The notes under the pieces: generated by a model | What the model saw: the letters and a program-made list of their open reading frames with translations, nothing else | Told to the model about the DNA's origin: nothing | The model's database searches: none | Program-made: the position numbers and the translations under genes | Source of the DNA: an uncultured bacterium | GTDB lineage: Bacteria; Patescibacteriota; Saccharimonadia; Saccharimonadales; Saccharimonadaceae | Direction of reading: 5' to 3' | DNA: 64,000 bases | Assembly (NCBI GenBank): GCA_937922985.1 | Contig: CALAKV010000038.1 | Span: 3,857 to 67,856, forward strand | Part shown: positions 46,704-55,416 of the stretch, one piece after another | Layout of the letters: each line of letters begins with the position of its first letter | Numbering within the stretch: position 1 is the first letter of the stretch

Positions 46704-47711
46704 TTATTTTGCTTTGTGGTAGTTTTCAAGCTGTTTTGAAGATTCTGTAAGATTTTTTTCAATTTTTTCATACACTGATTTTTGCGAAGAAGGCGAAGCT
46801 TTTTTGCGTCGTACAATTAAATCTTTTACACGAATCAACTGATACGCCATTTCACGGGAATAAACTTCATCAATCGTAGCGTTCAAGAAAGCATCATCAA
46901 GCATTGCACTAAGTTTATCAAAAATCGCATCAGTTTGTTTTATTGCTTGCGAATTCTTTTTCGAATCTCCACGAGGAACTTCAATCTTTCGGCTCTTCAT
47001 AAATTCCTTCAAATCTTGCTCATTTGAACTAAGTGAAGTGTTAATTCCTGCATTCACGGCCGCTAAATCTGAACTTTTAATCTTATTTTGAAAAGATTTT
47101 GTAGTTTCCTTTAATTTCGAAATATTATAATAAGCACGAACTACTGCCTGAGCATTGTCATCACCCTTATTGCTAGTTACAATAATAAAAATCGAGAAAA
47201 ATAGCGAGATTAATAACGCTGAAGCACCTAAAATTTTGCCTTTAGTCCAAAACGGAGCGGCTTTTTTGGGCGCAATCTTGTTGAGATATTCAACTGTGTA
47301 AGGGTTTTCAGTTGTAGCATCTTGCGAATAATTTTGATCTGGCATTAAATTTGGAGCAACTTGCGGATTTTGAACAGGTTGATTCGGCTGAACTGGAAAT
47401 TGTTGTTGATTTTGGTAATTATCTGGATATTGCGGAAAATTCTGTTGTGCACCAAAATTTTGATTTTGGCCGCCAAATTGTTGCTGTGGATTTTGGCCAT
47501 TCGAAAATTGTCCATTCGGAAATTGATTACTTGGGAATTGACCATTTTGAGCAAAATTATTCGAAAAACCACCGTAATTTTGTTGTGGTGGATAAGGATT
47601 TTGAGGATAATTATTTGGTGCACCAAAATTTTGATTTTGGCCGCCCTGATTCCAATCTTCATTCGGTTTCATATTACTTATGATTATATCACAAAAAAGT
47701 TTTTTTCGCAA
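46704..47711 (-). CDS. hypothetical Q/N-rich (prion-like composition) membrane protein
   Basis: 335 aa. About 130 aa of the N-terminus are Q/N/P/F/G-rich, followed by one TM segment and a helical C-terminal domain. Confidence 0.55.
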   Translation of the reverse strand: MRKKLFCDIIISNMKPNEDWNQGGQNQNFGAPNNYPQNPYPPQQNYGGFSNNFAQNGQFPSNQFPNGQFSNGQNPQQQFGGQNQNFGAQQNFPQYPDNYQNQQQFPVQPNQPVQNPQVAPNLMPDQNYSQDATTENPYTVEYLNKIAPKKAAPFWTKGKILGASALLISLFFSIFIIVTSNKGDDNAQAVVRAYYNISKLKETTKSFQNKIKSSDLAAVNAGINTSLSSNEQDLKEFMKSRKIEVPRGDSKKNSQAIKQTDAIFDKLSAMLDDAFLNATIDEVYSREMAYQLIRVKDLIVRRKKASPSSQKSVYEKIEKNLTESSKQLENYHKAK

Positions 47712-47770
47712 AGAAAAACCCCGCTTTTGTAAGGTTATTTCTATCTAAAAGAGAAACTACAAAATATATT

Positions 47771-48196
47771 TTACTCGCAAACCAAGCGATAGCTCAAGCG
47801 AAACAAATCTCGCAATTCTTCAGCCGAAACTTGTCCTTGGCCAATAATCAAATTCCACTCACGCTCGCTCATCAACTTTGAAGGCACCACACTTTCTTTT
47901 CCACGCAAAATTCGAGCAAGCTGCGCGCCCGTTTTCATTTCAACTTTTAAAGGTTTTGAACCATCGTGAATAATCGCGAAAATCGCTTTCGGCTCTTCAC
48001 CTTCTGCAATTTTCGAAAGAATCTTTTCACCAGTTTCACGTTCAAAATCACCAAGCTCACCAGCCATTTTTTCTTGCCAAATTTTCTTCAAATTTTCAAA
48101 ATTAACTTCAAAAATTTCAAGCTTATTTTCTTCATCTTTTCGAACTTCTGCCGCATCAAAATTTAGCAAAAAATCTTTAATTTCACTCTGATCCAT
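47771..48196 (-). CDS. MmcQ/YjbR-family-like protein
   Basis: 141 aa. The C-terminal pattern REWNLIIGQGQVSAEELRDLFRLSYRLV resembles the YjbR signature (HWNTV.LDG...L..LI..SY.LV). Confidence 0.45.
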   Translation of the reverse strand: MDQSEIKDFLLNFDAAEVRKDEENKLEIFEVNFENLKKIWQEKMAGELGDFERETGEKILSKIAEGEEPKAIFAIIHDGSKPLKVEMKTGAQLARILRGKESVVPSKLMSEREWNLIIGQGQVSAEELRDLFRLSYRLVCE

Positions 48197-48744
48197 TATT
48201 TTTTCACCTTTTTTAAATAAAATTTTAGTTCCTCAATCGAGCCACGAATATCATCTAACGCACGGTGATTTTCAGGCTTAGCAAAAACACGTTTAAATTT
48301 GGAGCTCATCACAACTTTCCACGCCGAAACATCTAACATTCGATAATGCAAGATTTTTTCAAGTTTTTTCCATTCTTCACGAATAAATCGGCGGTCTTGA
48401 TGAATTGAATTTCCACCCAAAAGAATTTTCTCGCCTTTCGAAAGTTCTTCAGCAAAGTTTTCTTCTACAAATTTAATTAAGTCCGCTTCAACTTCTTGTG
48501 AATTTTTCGTAGCACGAGAGTTTTGTAATTTTAAAGCATCGCGCGTTTCGCTAAAAGTATCCCAAAAATCACCAACCATTCGGTTTTCGAGAATTTCATT
48601 TTCAACTTTTACGGCACTTTCGAAAGTGGCAATTTCATTAAAATCCCAATCTGTCGCAATTGCGGCAACTTCTAAAATTTGGTCTTTTTCAGGTTCAAGA
48701 CCTGTCATTTCTAAATCAATCCAAAGAATTTTTGCGTTTTTCAT
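48196..48744 (-). CDS. orn: oligoribonuclease
   Basis: ILWIDLEMTGLEPEKDQILEVAAIATD...GNSIHQDRRFI...HYRMLDVS...HRALDDIRGSIEEL, the DEDDh motifs. Confidence 0.9.
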   Translation of the reverse strand: MKNAKILWIDLEMTGLEPEKDQILEVAAIATDWDFNEIATFESAVKVENEILENRMVGDFWDTFSETRDALKLQNSRATKNSQEVEADLIKFVEENFAEELSKGEKILLGGNSIHQDRRFIREEWKKLEKILHYRMLDVSAWKVVMSSKFKRVFAKPENHRALDDIRGSIEELKFYLKKVKK

Positions 48745-48783
48745 TATTTAAATTATATCATTTTTTGGCAGGATAAGCAAAAA

Positions 48784-49464
48784 CTAATCTAAAATTCCAA
48801 AATCTTCAAGCTTTTTAGCTTTCGAAATATCAAAATCGGCAATTTTTGTGCGCCGAAGTTGCGAGCAAAACGCACCACAACCCAAATTTTTGCCCAAATC
48901 TTCTGCCAGCGAACGAATATAAGTCCCGCTTGAAACATGCGTGCGAATTTTTAATTTTGGAAAATCATAACTTAAAATTTCGAAATCAAAAATTTCAACC
49001 GTACGTTTAGGAATTTCAAAATCCTCACCTTTTCGCGCCAAATCATAAGCGCGCCTACCATCAATTTTTATTGCACTAAAAGCTGGCGGAGTTTGTTCAA
49101 TTTTACCTAAAAAGTTAGTTTTAATTTCTTTTTCAATCTGTTCAAAAGTTGGGATTTCAAAATTCTCGCATTTCGAAATCTCGCCTTCAGGATCGCCCGT
49201 ACTTGAAATTTGCCCAAGTGTAAATTCCGCCTCATAAACTTTATCAAGCTTGGTAAGGTTCATTGCATTTTTAGTTTCCTTACCATAAAGCAAAACCAAA
49301 AGCCCCGTCGCAAAAGGGTCAAGCGTTCCTGTGTGGCCAACTTTAACTTTTTTACCAAATTCATCTTTAAGAACACGGCGGATTCTAGCGACCACGCCAA
49401 AGCTGGTAATTCCAGCGGGCTTGTCAATTAAGATTCGCCCACTTTCATTTTCGAAAAATGCCAT
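48784..49464 (-). CDS. truB: tRNA pseudouridine(55) synthase
   Basis: KPAGITSFGVV...VGHTGTLDPFATGLLVLL (catalytic Asp) and TYIRSLAEDLG. Confidence 0.9.
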   Translation of the reverse strand: MAFFENESGRILIDKPAGITSFGVVARIRRVLKDEFGKKVKVGHTGTLDPFATGLLVLLYGKETKNAMNLTKLDKVYEAEFTLGQISSTGDPEGEISKCENFEIPTFEQIEKEIKTNFLGKIEQTPPAFSAIKIDGRRAYDLARKGEDFEIPKRTVEIFDFEILSYDFPKLKIRTHVSSGTYIRSLAEDLGKNLGCGAFCSQLRRTKIADFDISKAKKLEDFGILD

Positions 49465-49465
49465 T

Positions 49466-51679
49466 TTACATTCCTGGAATTCTGAATTGTGAAGGATCGT
49501 TAGGATAAATTTGGTCGGTCATCACTTTATTTTTGCTACTTTCAGTACCCATTGCAGGTCGCTCCGCTGGATTTGGAATAAAATCAAAAGCTGGAATTTC
49601 TGGCGGCATTGGCATCGAGCTAAAATCTGGCATAGCTGGTGGCATTGGCATTGCAAAATCATTCGAATTTTGTGCAGGATTTTCAGTCGAGTAAGTTTGC
49701 TGACTTTCAAAATTATTTTGTGGCAAAGTCTGCGCATATTGTTCATTCGAAATCGGATTACTTGATTCAAAATTTGAAAGCGGCTGGATTGGTGTAGCTT
49801 GAGCATAAGGCTGAGTTTCAGGAATAAAATTCTCATTCGCCTGTGGCTCTTCATAAACCGCATTTTGAACTTTACCATGGCTTAAAACATAATCATTATT
49901 TTGTGGATTTGAAGTTGCTGCAGAATTTTCTCCACGAGAAATTCCACTTGGCTCATAAGGCTGAGCACCCATCAAACCACTTACAATTTGAGCATTTTCG
50001 GTTGGGTGATAATATTCATCGCCCTGATTTTGCGCTGACTGAACATTTTGAGCTTGAATCTCTTGAGCGGCAGGAGTTTCAGCTGGATTTTGTTGTTCGA
50101 AAACTGGCGCAACTTCTGGTTGAGCAGTTCGAGGTTCAATAGTTTTGAAAGTTTGTGGTTGAGTGTTTTCAGGAGTTGGGATTGAAATATCAACTTGGCG
50201 AGCTGGCTCAAAAACTTGCTCCTGAACTGGAGTTTCCGCAATAAATGCATTTGGATTTTGGAAAGGCACGCTTGGCACTGGAATTTCTGGCGCATAATTT
50301 TGAACTGGCGCTTCAACCAAGCCTTGCGTATTTTCAGTCTGATTAAATTCTGAAGGAGTAGGAGTTTCAGCTGGATTTTGTTGTTCGAAAGCTGGCGCAA
50401 CTTCTGGTTGAGCAGTTTGAGGTTCAATAGTTTCGAAAGTTTGTGGCTGAGTGTTTTCGGGAGTTGGGATTGAAATATTTTGTTCAGCCAAAGTTTCTTG
50501 GTTTTCTGATATATTTTTTGCCGAATTTTCTTCAACTAAATTTTCATTTTGAACTTGCGTATTTTCAAGATTTTCGCTTGGATTTTCGAAAATATCTTCG
50601 TTCGAATTTTCTTGCGCAAGTTCTTGGTTTTGCTCAGGAGCTTCAACTTCTTCAAGTTCAGCAAAAGCATTTTCTGGTTTATTAATATTTTTTAGTTCAT
50701 TTAAAGATTCTTCAAGTTCGTCTTCGGCTTGATTTTGTGAATTTTCAAGATTAGTTTTTTCTGCTTCATTTTTGGCTTCTTCATGCGCAATCACAAATGC
50801 ACCGTTACGCTTTTGCTCTTTCTTTGAAGAAGATTTTTCGCTCGATTTTTCTTTTTCATTCGAAATTTCTTCTAAAGCTTCTTCCATTTTAGCATTTTTT
50901 TGCACAGCAAATTCGCCCGCTTTTTCTTCAGCCTCACGGATTTTTGAAACCACAAGTTGCTGGTCGGCGCCAGATGAAATAAGTTTTGCCGCAAGGCTCA
51001 TAACTTCAGCCGTAGCTTTTGCATTCGAAAAGCGATCAGTTTCAGCAACAATTCCAGTCAAAAGAGCAGTCGCAACTGGTTGAGTAAGATTTTTCTTTCC
51101 AAGGGATTCAATAATTTGAACAGAAATTTCGCTCAAAGAACTGGCATTTTCGGCGTGCCAGTGAGTTCCGTTAAGATTCGTTTGGTTTTCACCAACAGTT
51201 AAAATTCCAACTGAAGCATCATGAAAAATTCGCCCGTGCGCCGCCAAAGCGCCATCAAGTCGATCTTGGCTTTCAACATTTAAAGCTAGCACAAAATCAA
51301 TGTTAAAATCACCCTGTTCAAATTCGAGATCTTTTTCAGAAATAATTGAGCGATATGGCGTAATAAAAATTTTGACATGATCGCCAACAAGCTTATAACG
51401 AAGATGATCAGCTTTTTCTTTATTTAAAGCAATAATAAAATCGCGCAAAGAATCTACCGAATTTTCGAAAGTTTTTTCTGGGCGCAAAAAAGCTAGCGCA
51501 TCGGGCATTTTTCCACTTGAAACCGCCGTTGCATGCTTGCCAGAATTATTAATTGCGAGCGTTAAAGCCAATGCTGAAGAAAGTTCATCAACGCTTGGGC
51601 CATCATTTACCGCAATCAAAATACTTTCTGATTCTTTCAATTTTGCGATAATCTGCTCTTGAGCATTATTTTTTGACAT
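49466..51679 (-). CDS. DHH-family-like N-terminal domain (degenerate catalytic motifs) fused to a ~450-aa P/Q/E/N-rich repetitive tail
   Basis: 737 aa. The N-terminal ILIAVNDGPSVDELSSALAL aligns with NrnA motif I-II, but the DxD/GD residues are replaced. The tail contains a 39-aa duplicated unit. Confidence 0.5.
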   Translation of the reverse strand: MSKNNAQEQIIAKLKESESILIAVNDGPSVDELSSALALTLAINNSGKHATAVSSGKMPDALAFLRPEKTFENSVDSLRDFIIALNKEKADHLRYKLVGDHVKIFITPYRSIISEKDLEFEQGDFNIDFVLALNVESQDRLDGALAAHGRIFHDASVGILTVGENQTNLNGTHWHAENASSLSEISVQIIESLGKKNLTQPVATALLTGIVAETDRFSNAKATAEVMSLAAKLISSGADQQLVVSKIREAEEKAGEFAVQKNAKMEEALEEISNEKEKSSEKSSSKKEQKRNGAFVIAHEEAKNEAEKTNLENSQNQAEDELEESLNELKNINKPENAFAELEEVEAPEQNQELAQENSNEDIFENPSENLENTQVQNENLVEENSAKNISENQETLAEQNISIPTPENTQPQTFETIEPQTAQPEVAPAFEQQNPAETPTPSEFNQTENTQGLVEAPVQNYAPEIPVPSVPFQNPNAFIAETPVQEQVFEPARQVDISIPTPENTQPQTFKTIEPRTAQPEVAPVFEQQNPAETPAAQEIQAQNVQSAQNQGDEYYHPTENAQIVSGLMGAQPYEPSGISRGENSAATSNPQNNDYVLSHGKVQNAVYEEPQANENFIPETQPYAQATPIQPLSNFESSNPISNEQYAQTLPQNNFESQQTYSTENPAQNSNDFAMPMPPAMPDFSSMPMPPEIPAFDFIPNPAERPAMGTESSKNKVMTDQIYPNDPSQFRIPGM
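50072..50190. repeat. 119-bp direct repeat, copy A (inside the DHH-like gene)
   Basis: About 96% identical (5 mismatches by eye) to 50350..50468, offset 278 bp. It encodes ISIPTPENTQPQTF(K/E)TIEP(R/Q)TAQPEVAP(V/A)FEQQNPAETP. Confidence 0.85.
50350..50468. repeat. 119-bp direct repeat, copy B
   Basis: See copy A. Confidence 0.85.
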
Positions 51680-51835
51680 TTATTGAATCCTATTGTTTAT
51701 TTTTATAATTTATAGCTCTATATTAGCATAATCGTAATAAAATGTCAACAGTTTATTTGAAATACTTGCTTTTTATTTCGAAATAATATATAATTGATGT
51801 TGAATTGTAAATAACAACCTAAAAGAAGGAATTAA

Positions 51836-52090
51836 ATGCCAATTATTAAATCTGCTGTAAAGCGAATGCGACAAACCACAAAACGACGCGAACGCAACGT
51901 TGGAATTAAAAAAGATATCAAAGGTGCTGTAAAAGCTTTTGTTGCTGAACCAAGCGCAAAAAGCCTTTCGAAAGCACAAAGTGAACTTGACAAAGCCGTT
52001 AAAAAAGGTCTTATCAAGAAAAATACAGCTGCTCGCCGAAAAGCTTCTCTTGCCGCTGCTGCAAAAAAAGCTGGCGTAAAACTTGCTTAA
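51836..52090 (+). CDS. rpsT: 30S ribosomal protein S20
   Basis: MPIIKSAVKRMRQTTKRRERN...KKGLIKKNTAARRKA. A TTGCTT-17-TATAAT promoter and RBS aaggaa lie upstream. Confidence 0.95.
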   Translation: MPIIKSAVKRMRQTTKRRERNVGIKKDIKGAVKAFVAEPSAKSLSKAQSELDKAVKKGLIKKNTAARRKASLAAAAKKAGVKLA

Positions 52091-52108
52091 TTTGATACTT
52101 TTTCGAAA

Positions 52109-52134
52109 ATCGCTCAAAATTGGGCGGTTTTTTA
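52109..52134 (+). terminator. intrinsic terminator after rpsT
   Basis: atcgctca-aaat-tgggcggt followed by ttttttattttt. Confidence 0.6.
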
Positions 52135-52153
52135 TTTTTCTTTTTTCAAAAAC

Positions 52154-52182
52154 TTGACAATTCTACTTAAAAATGCTATAAT
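52154..52182 (+). promoter_or_regulatory. perfect consensus sigma70 promoter (TTGACA-17-TATAAT)
   Basis: TTGACA at 52154-52159 and TATAAT at 52177-52182 with an exact 17-nt spacer. Confidence 0.7.
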
Positions 52183-52231
52183 TTAGAAGATTTGCCGTTT
52201 TGGCAAAAATAGAACATTTGGAGGAACGGTT

Positions 52232-52573
52232 ATGACATCTTTAAAAGAAAGATTGGCGGCAGAAAAAGAAGCTGCTTTAACCTATGAAAATATTGCCAAG
52301 CAAGTTGAAGGCATCCTTGTCGAGGCCGCCAAGGATGGTAGATCAAGCGTGCTCATCTACCTTGACAATGAGAATGATTGCAAAACCCAATTTGTGCGTT
52401 ATTTTCTAACCCAGGAAGGAATCAATTTCGAAAAGGCTTATGACACATATACGGCAACTGAATTTCCCTATATCGATACCCACATGGGTACGGGTTGTTA
52501 TGAGGGTGTCGACCCTAATAAACCAGTCGCTGTAGCTAGACGTCGGTTTAAGGGAATTCGTGTATTTTTGTAG
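52232..52573 (+). CDS. hypothetical 113-aa protein, paralog 1 of a tandem pair
   Basis: RBS ggagga. It shares AAK.G.SSV, FL..E.I.F.K.YD and a C-terminal FKGIRVFL with the next ORF. It is visibly GC-richer than the surrounding DNA. Confidence 0.65.
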   Translation: MTSLKERLAAEKEAALTYENIAKQVEGILVEAAKDGRSSVLIYLDNENDCKTQFVRYFLTQEGINFEKAYDTYTATEFPYIDTHMGTGCYEGVDPNKPVAVARRRFKGIRVFL

Positions 52574-52588
52574 TAAGGGGAATGCATT

Positions 52589-52930
52589 ATGTCATTTAAA
52601 GACCAGTTAGATGCAACTGCGCAAGAAGGTCGCGATTGCGACACTATCACAGCAAAAGTCAAAGAAACTTTGTTAGCCGCTGCAAAAAGTGGCGAATCTA
52701 GTGTTTTCCTACCACTGACAGATGAGTACGGTTACAAGGTACACGTCATTGAACATTTCCTTGAAAATGAGGATATCAAGTTCAAAAAGATTTATGATTC
52801 ACGTCAGGTTGAGAAGCCACATTACCTAGACCCGCATTATCAAGAAACTGTCGCCAGAAATGGTGGTAAAACCATTTATACCTGGATGGATACGGAGTAT
52901 ACCTTTAAAGGTATCCGCGTGTTTCTTTAG
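52589..52930 (+). CDS. hypothetical 113-aa protein, paralog 2 of a tandem pair
   Basis: RBS aagggga. It has the same length and the same C-terminal FKGIRVFL as paralog 1. Confidence 0.65.
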   Translation: MSFKDQLDATAQEGRDCDTITAKVKETLLAAAKSGESSVFLPLTDEYGYKVHVIEHFLENEDIKFKKIYDSRQVEKPHYLDPHYQETVARNGGKTIYTWMDTEYTFKGIRVFL

Positions 52931-52950
52931 AAAGGTCATCAAAAAAACAA

Positions 52951-52980
52951 AACCCGCAGAAATTTGCGGGTTATTTTATT
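52951..52980. terminator. bidirectional intrinsic terminator
   Basis: aacccgca-gaaatt-tgcgggtt, flanked by an A-run and a T-run, between the paralog pair (+) and tsaD (-). Confidence 0.7.
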
Positions 52981-53003
52981 TCTAACATTTTTTGAAAATT
53001 ATT

Positions 53004-54092
53004 TTACCATTTTAAATCGCTCATCGAAAGCGATGGTTTTACTTCAAGCTTGAGCGGATTTTGCGATTCGCTCAGCACAGCTTGAAAAGCGCCCAAAGTC
53101 GCCACCATTGCGGCGTTATCGGTGCAAAGTTCTGGTGGAGTGAAAATTACAGGGTTTGGCAGTTTCTTCGAAACTCTCTTAATCAATTCCTCTCTTAAAG
53201 CTGAATTCGCCGCTACACCGCCCGCAATCACAACTGTTGTTGGCGAAAAATCTTCAACCGCAAGCTCAAGCTTATCAACTAAAGTTTCAACAGCTATTTT
53301 TTGAAAACTTGCAGCGAAATCATTTTTCTGTTGTTCATTTAATTTTGCAGCTAATTCGAAAGACGGAAAATTAAAATCAACACCAACTTCTTTTTGAACT
53401 GCACGCAAAACTGCTGTTTTTAATCCTGAAAAACTAAAATCATACTTCCCTTTTAAGCGAGCTTTTGGCAATTCATATTTTGAAGAATTGCCACTTAACG
53501 CTGCTTTTGAAATTGCAGGTCCGCCAGGATACGGTAAGCCAAGGATTTTTGCAACTTTATCAAAAGCTTCACCAACTGCGTCATCTTGAGTTTCTCCCAA
53601 AATTTGGTAACTTCCGTGTGATTTAAATAATACAATTTGTGAATGCCCACCTGAAACCACTAATGCTAAAAATGGAAATTTTGGTGGCTCCTCGTTTAGA
53701 AAATTTGCATAAACATGAGCTTCAACATGATGAATTGGATAAAAAGGCTTATTGAAAATTCGAGCATAAGTTCGTGCCGTAAGCGTACCAACCAACAACG
53801 AGCCCACCAAACCAGGTGCATAAGAAACAGCGATTCCATCCAATTCTTTAAAGGAAATTCCCGCTTTCGAAAGTGATTCTCGCACAACAGGGTTAGCATA
53901 TTCAATATGCGAACGCGCCGCTACCTCTGGAATTACCCCACCAAATTGCGCATGAATATCAATTTGCGAATGAACTACGCTTGAAAGCAGTTTTAGCTTC
54001 GGTGAGCTTTCACGCGAAATTTTACTCGCATCAAACTCCACTACAGCCGCCGCAGTTTCATCACAAGTGCTTTCAATTCCTAAGATTTTCAT
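53004..54092 (-). CDS. tsaD: tRNA N6-adenosine threonylcarbamoyltransferase
   Basis: MKILGIESTCDETAAAVV...HIEAHVYAN...VSGGHS...GGVAAN. The ORF track extends to 54128. Confidence 0.9.
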   Translation of the reverse strand: MKILGIESTCDETAAAVVEFDASKISRESSPKLKLLSSVVHSQIDIHAQFGGVIPEVAARSHIEYANPVVRESLSKAGISFKELDGIAVSYAPGLVGSLLVGTLTARTYARIFNKPFYPIHHVEAHVYANFLNEEPPKFPFLALVVSGGHSQIVLFKSHGSYQILGETQDDAVGEAFDKVAKILGLPYPGGPAISKAALSGNSSKYELPKARLKGKYDFSFSGLKTAVLRAVQKEVGVDFNFPSFELAAKLNEQQKNDFAASFQKIAVETLVDKLELAVEDFSPTTVVIAGGVAANSALREELIKRVSKKLPNPVIFTPPELCTDNAAMVATLGAFQAVLSESQNPLKLEVKPSLSMSDLKW

Positions 54093-54211
54093 AACTACTA
54101 TTTTACTACTTTTTATAAGTTTGGTCAATTTTCGAAAATCTCTATTGACTTTTTCATTTTCAAAAAAATAAAATTCGCCCGATTTGAGCGAATTTTTATA
54201 TTCTCACTTCC

Positions 54212-55312
54212 CTATTTTTTGAATTTTCGAACAATTTTTTTAGCAGTTGGTAAAAATGAATTCCAGACGAAATATGTTTTCGAAATCGGAAAATCTAGTG
54301 TGCCAACCAATAAATCTTCGTGATTTGCAAAACCAGCTTTAAATTTTGAAATTCCGTCATTCAAAAGACCGTTAAAATCATATCGCTTAACTCCGCGATT
54401 TTTCATTTCAATAATCGCAATCCATTTTAAAACATAATTTGCGCGTGATTTTTGCCCCGCCTCAGTTACTCCGCCATAAAGTTCGAACGCCACGTTATCA
54501 CTTTGAGCAAACCATAAAAATGCCACCATTTCTTGATTTTTAAGTTTTTCTGCTATATAATCTTCAGTATTTTTATTTTTTTCTATAGACTTGCCCTGCT
54601 CTTTTTCAATAAAAGCTCCAAAAATTGGTGAATTTTCACCCATTTTTTTATAAAGTTCGTGATAATAATCTTTCGAATGAATCGCAAACCCTGCCCTTTT
54701 AGCAGTTTCTGTGTAAATTTCTAACGCACGATCAATTTCTTCTTTCGAAAACAATTGCCGAACTCGCACTTCTCCACCACTTTTTCGAATATACTGTCGC
54801 GTTTTTTTGCTCATTTTGGCGAGTAACTCATCTTCATTTTGCGTTAAATCAAGGATCAAAGTTCGTGGAATTAAAATTGTATTTTTTGAGCTTCTCCAGC
54901 CATCACGCAAGTCAAATTCACCGCTGTTCCAATCTGGTTCCATAGTTAAACAAACTGGCTTCGGCTTGATATTCTTCGAAACCCAAAAAGCAATTTCACG
55001 CGAAATGCAGGCTCGCTCGATTGGCTTTTTCGAAATCACCAAAGCACCGCGCGGAATATACGCAAAATTACGAAGTGGAAAAGGGAGCTTTCGAACCAGA
55101 ATTTGAACCGCTGCTACAATATCTGAGTGGTCATTTTTTTTGCGATCAATATATTTTTCTTCACCATTTTTCAAAAAAACTCGCACAACTTGCCAATTTG
55201 CTGATTGCGATTTTAACTCACCCCAACCCCAAAGTTGCAAAGGGTGACCGCCGTGCTCGTTAATAAAATCATTCCATTCTTTTTTATCAGTAATTTCGAT
55301 AATCTTTAGCAT
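54212..55312 (-). CDS. FemAB-family peptidoglycan bridge aminoacyltransferase-like protein
   Basis: About 366 aa. HPLQLWGWGELK, GGHP and YDFNG patterns are typical of the FemAB/lipid II aminoacyltransferase family. The likely start is MLKIIEI at 55312. Confidence 0.65.
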   Translation of the reverse strand: MLKIIEITDKKEWNDFINEHGGHPLQLWGWGELKSQSANWQVVRVFLKNGEEKYIDRKKNDHSDIVAAVQILVRKLPFPLRNFAYIPRGALVISKKPIERACISREIAFWVSKNIKPKPVCLTMEPDWNSGEFDLRDGWRSSKNTILIPRTLILDLTQNEDELLAKMSKKTRQYIRKSGGEVRVRQLFSKEEIDRALEIYTETAKRAGFAIHSKDYYHELYKKMGENSPIFGAFIEKEQGKSIEKNKNTEDYIAEKLKNQEMVAFLWFAQSDNVAFELYGGVTEAGQKSRANYVLKWIAIIEMKNRGVKRYDFNGLLNDGISKFKAGFANHEDLLVGTLDFPISKTYFVWNSFLPTAKKIVRKFKK

Positions 55313-55416
55313 ATTTATATTATACACCGAATGTGGTATAATTGTAAATGTAGAATTTCGCACAGCTTAACTTTCGTGTGAAATGTTGTTGAATAAATGC
55401 GATTTTAAAGGGAAAT

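Noticed and set aside
47345-47732. Three overlapping ORFs (105-123 aa) on both strands within the Q/N-rich gene
   Set aside because: They are products of the repetitive CAA/AAT-rich DNA. The 335-aa minus-strand frame with a TM segment and a structured C-terminal domain is the coherent gene.
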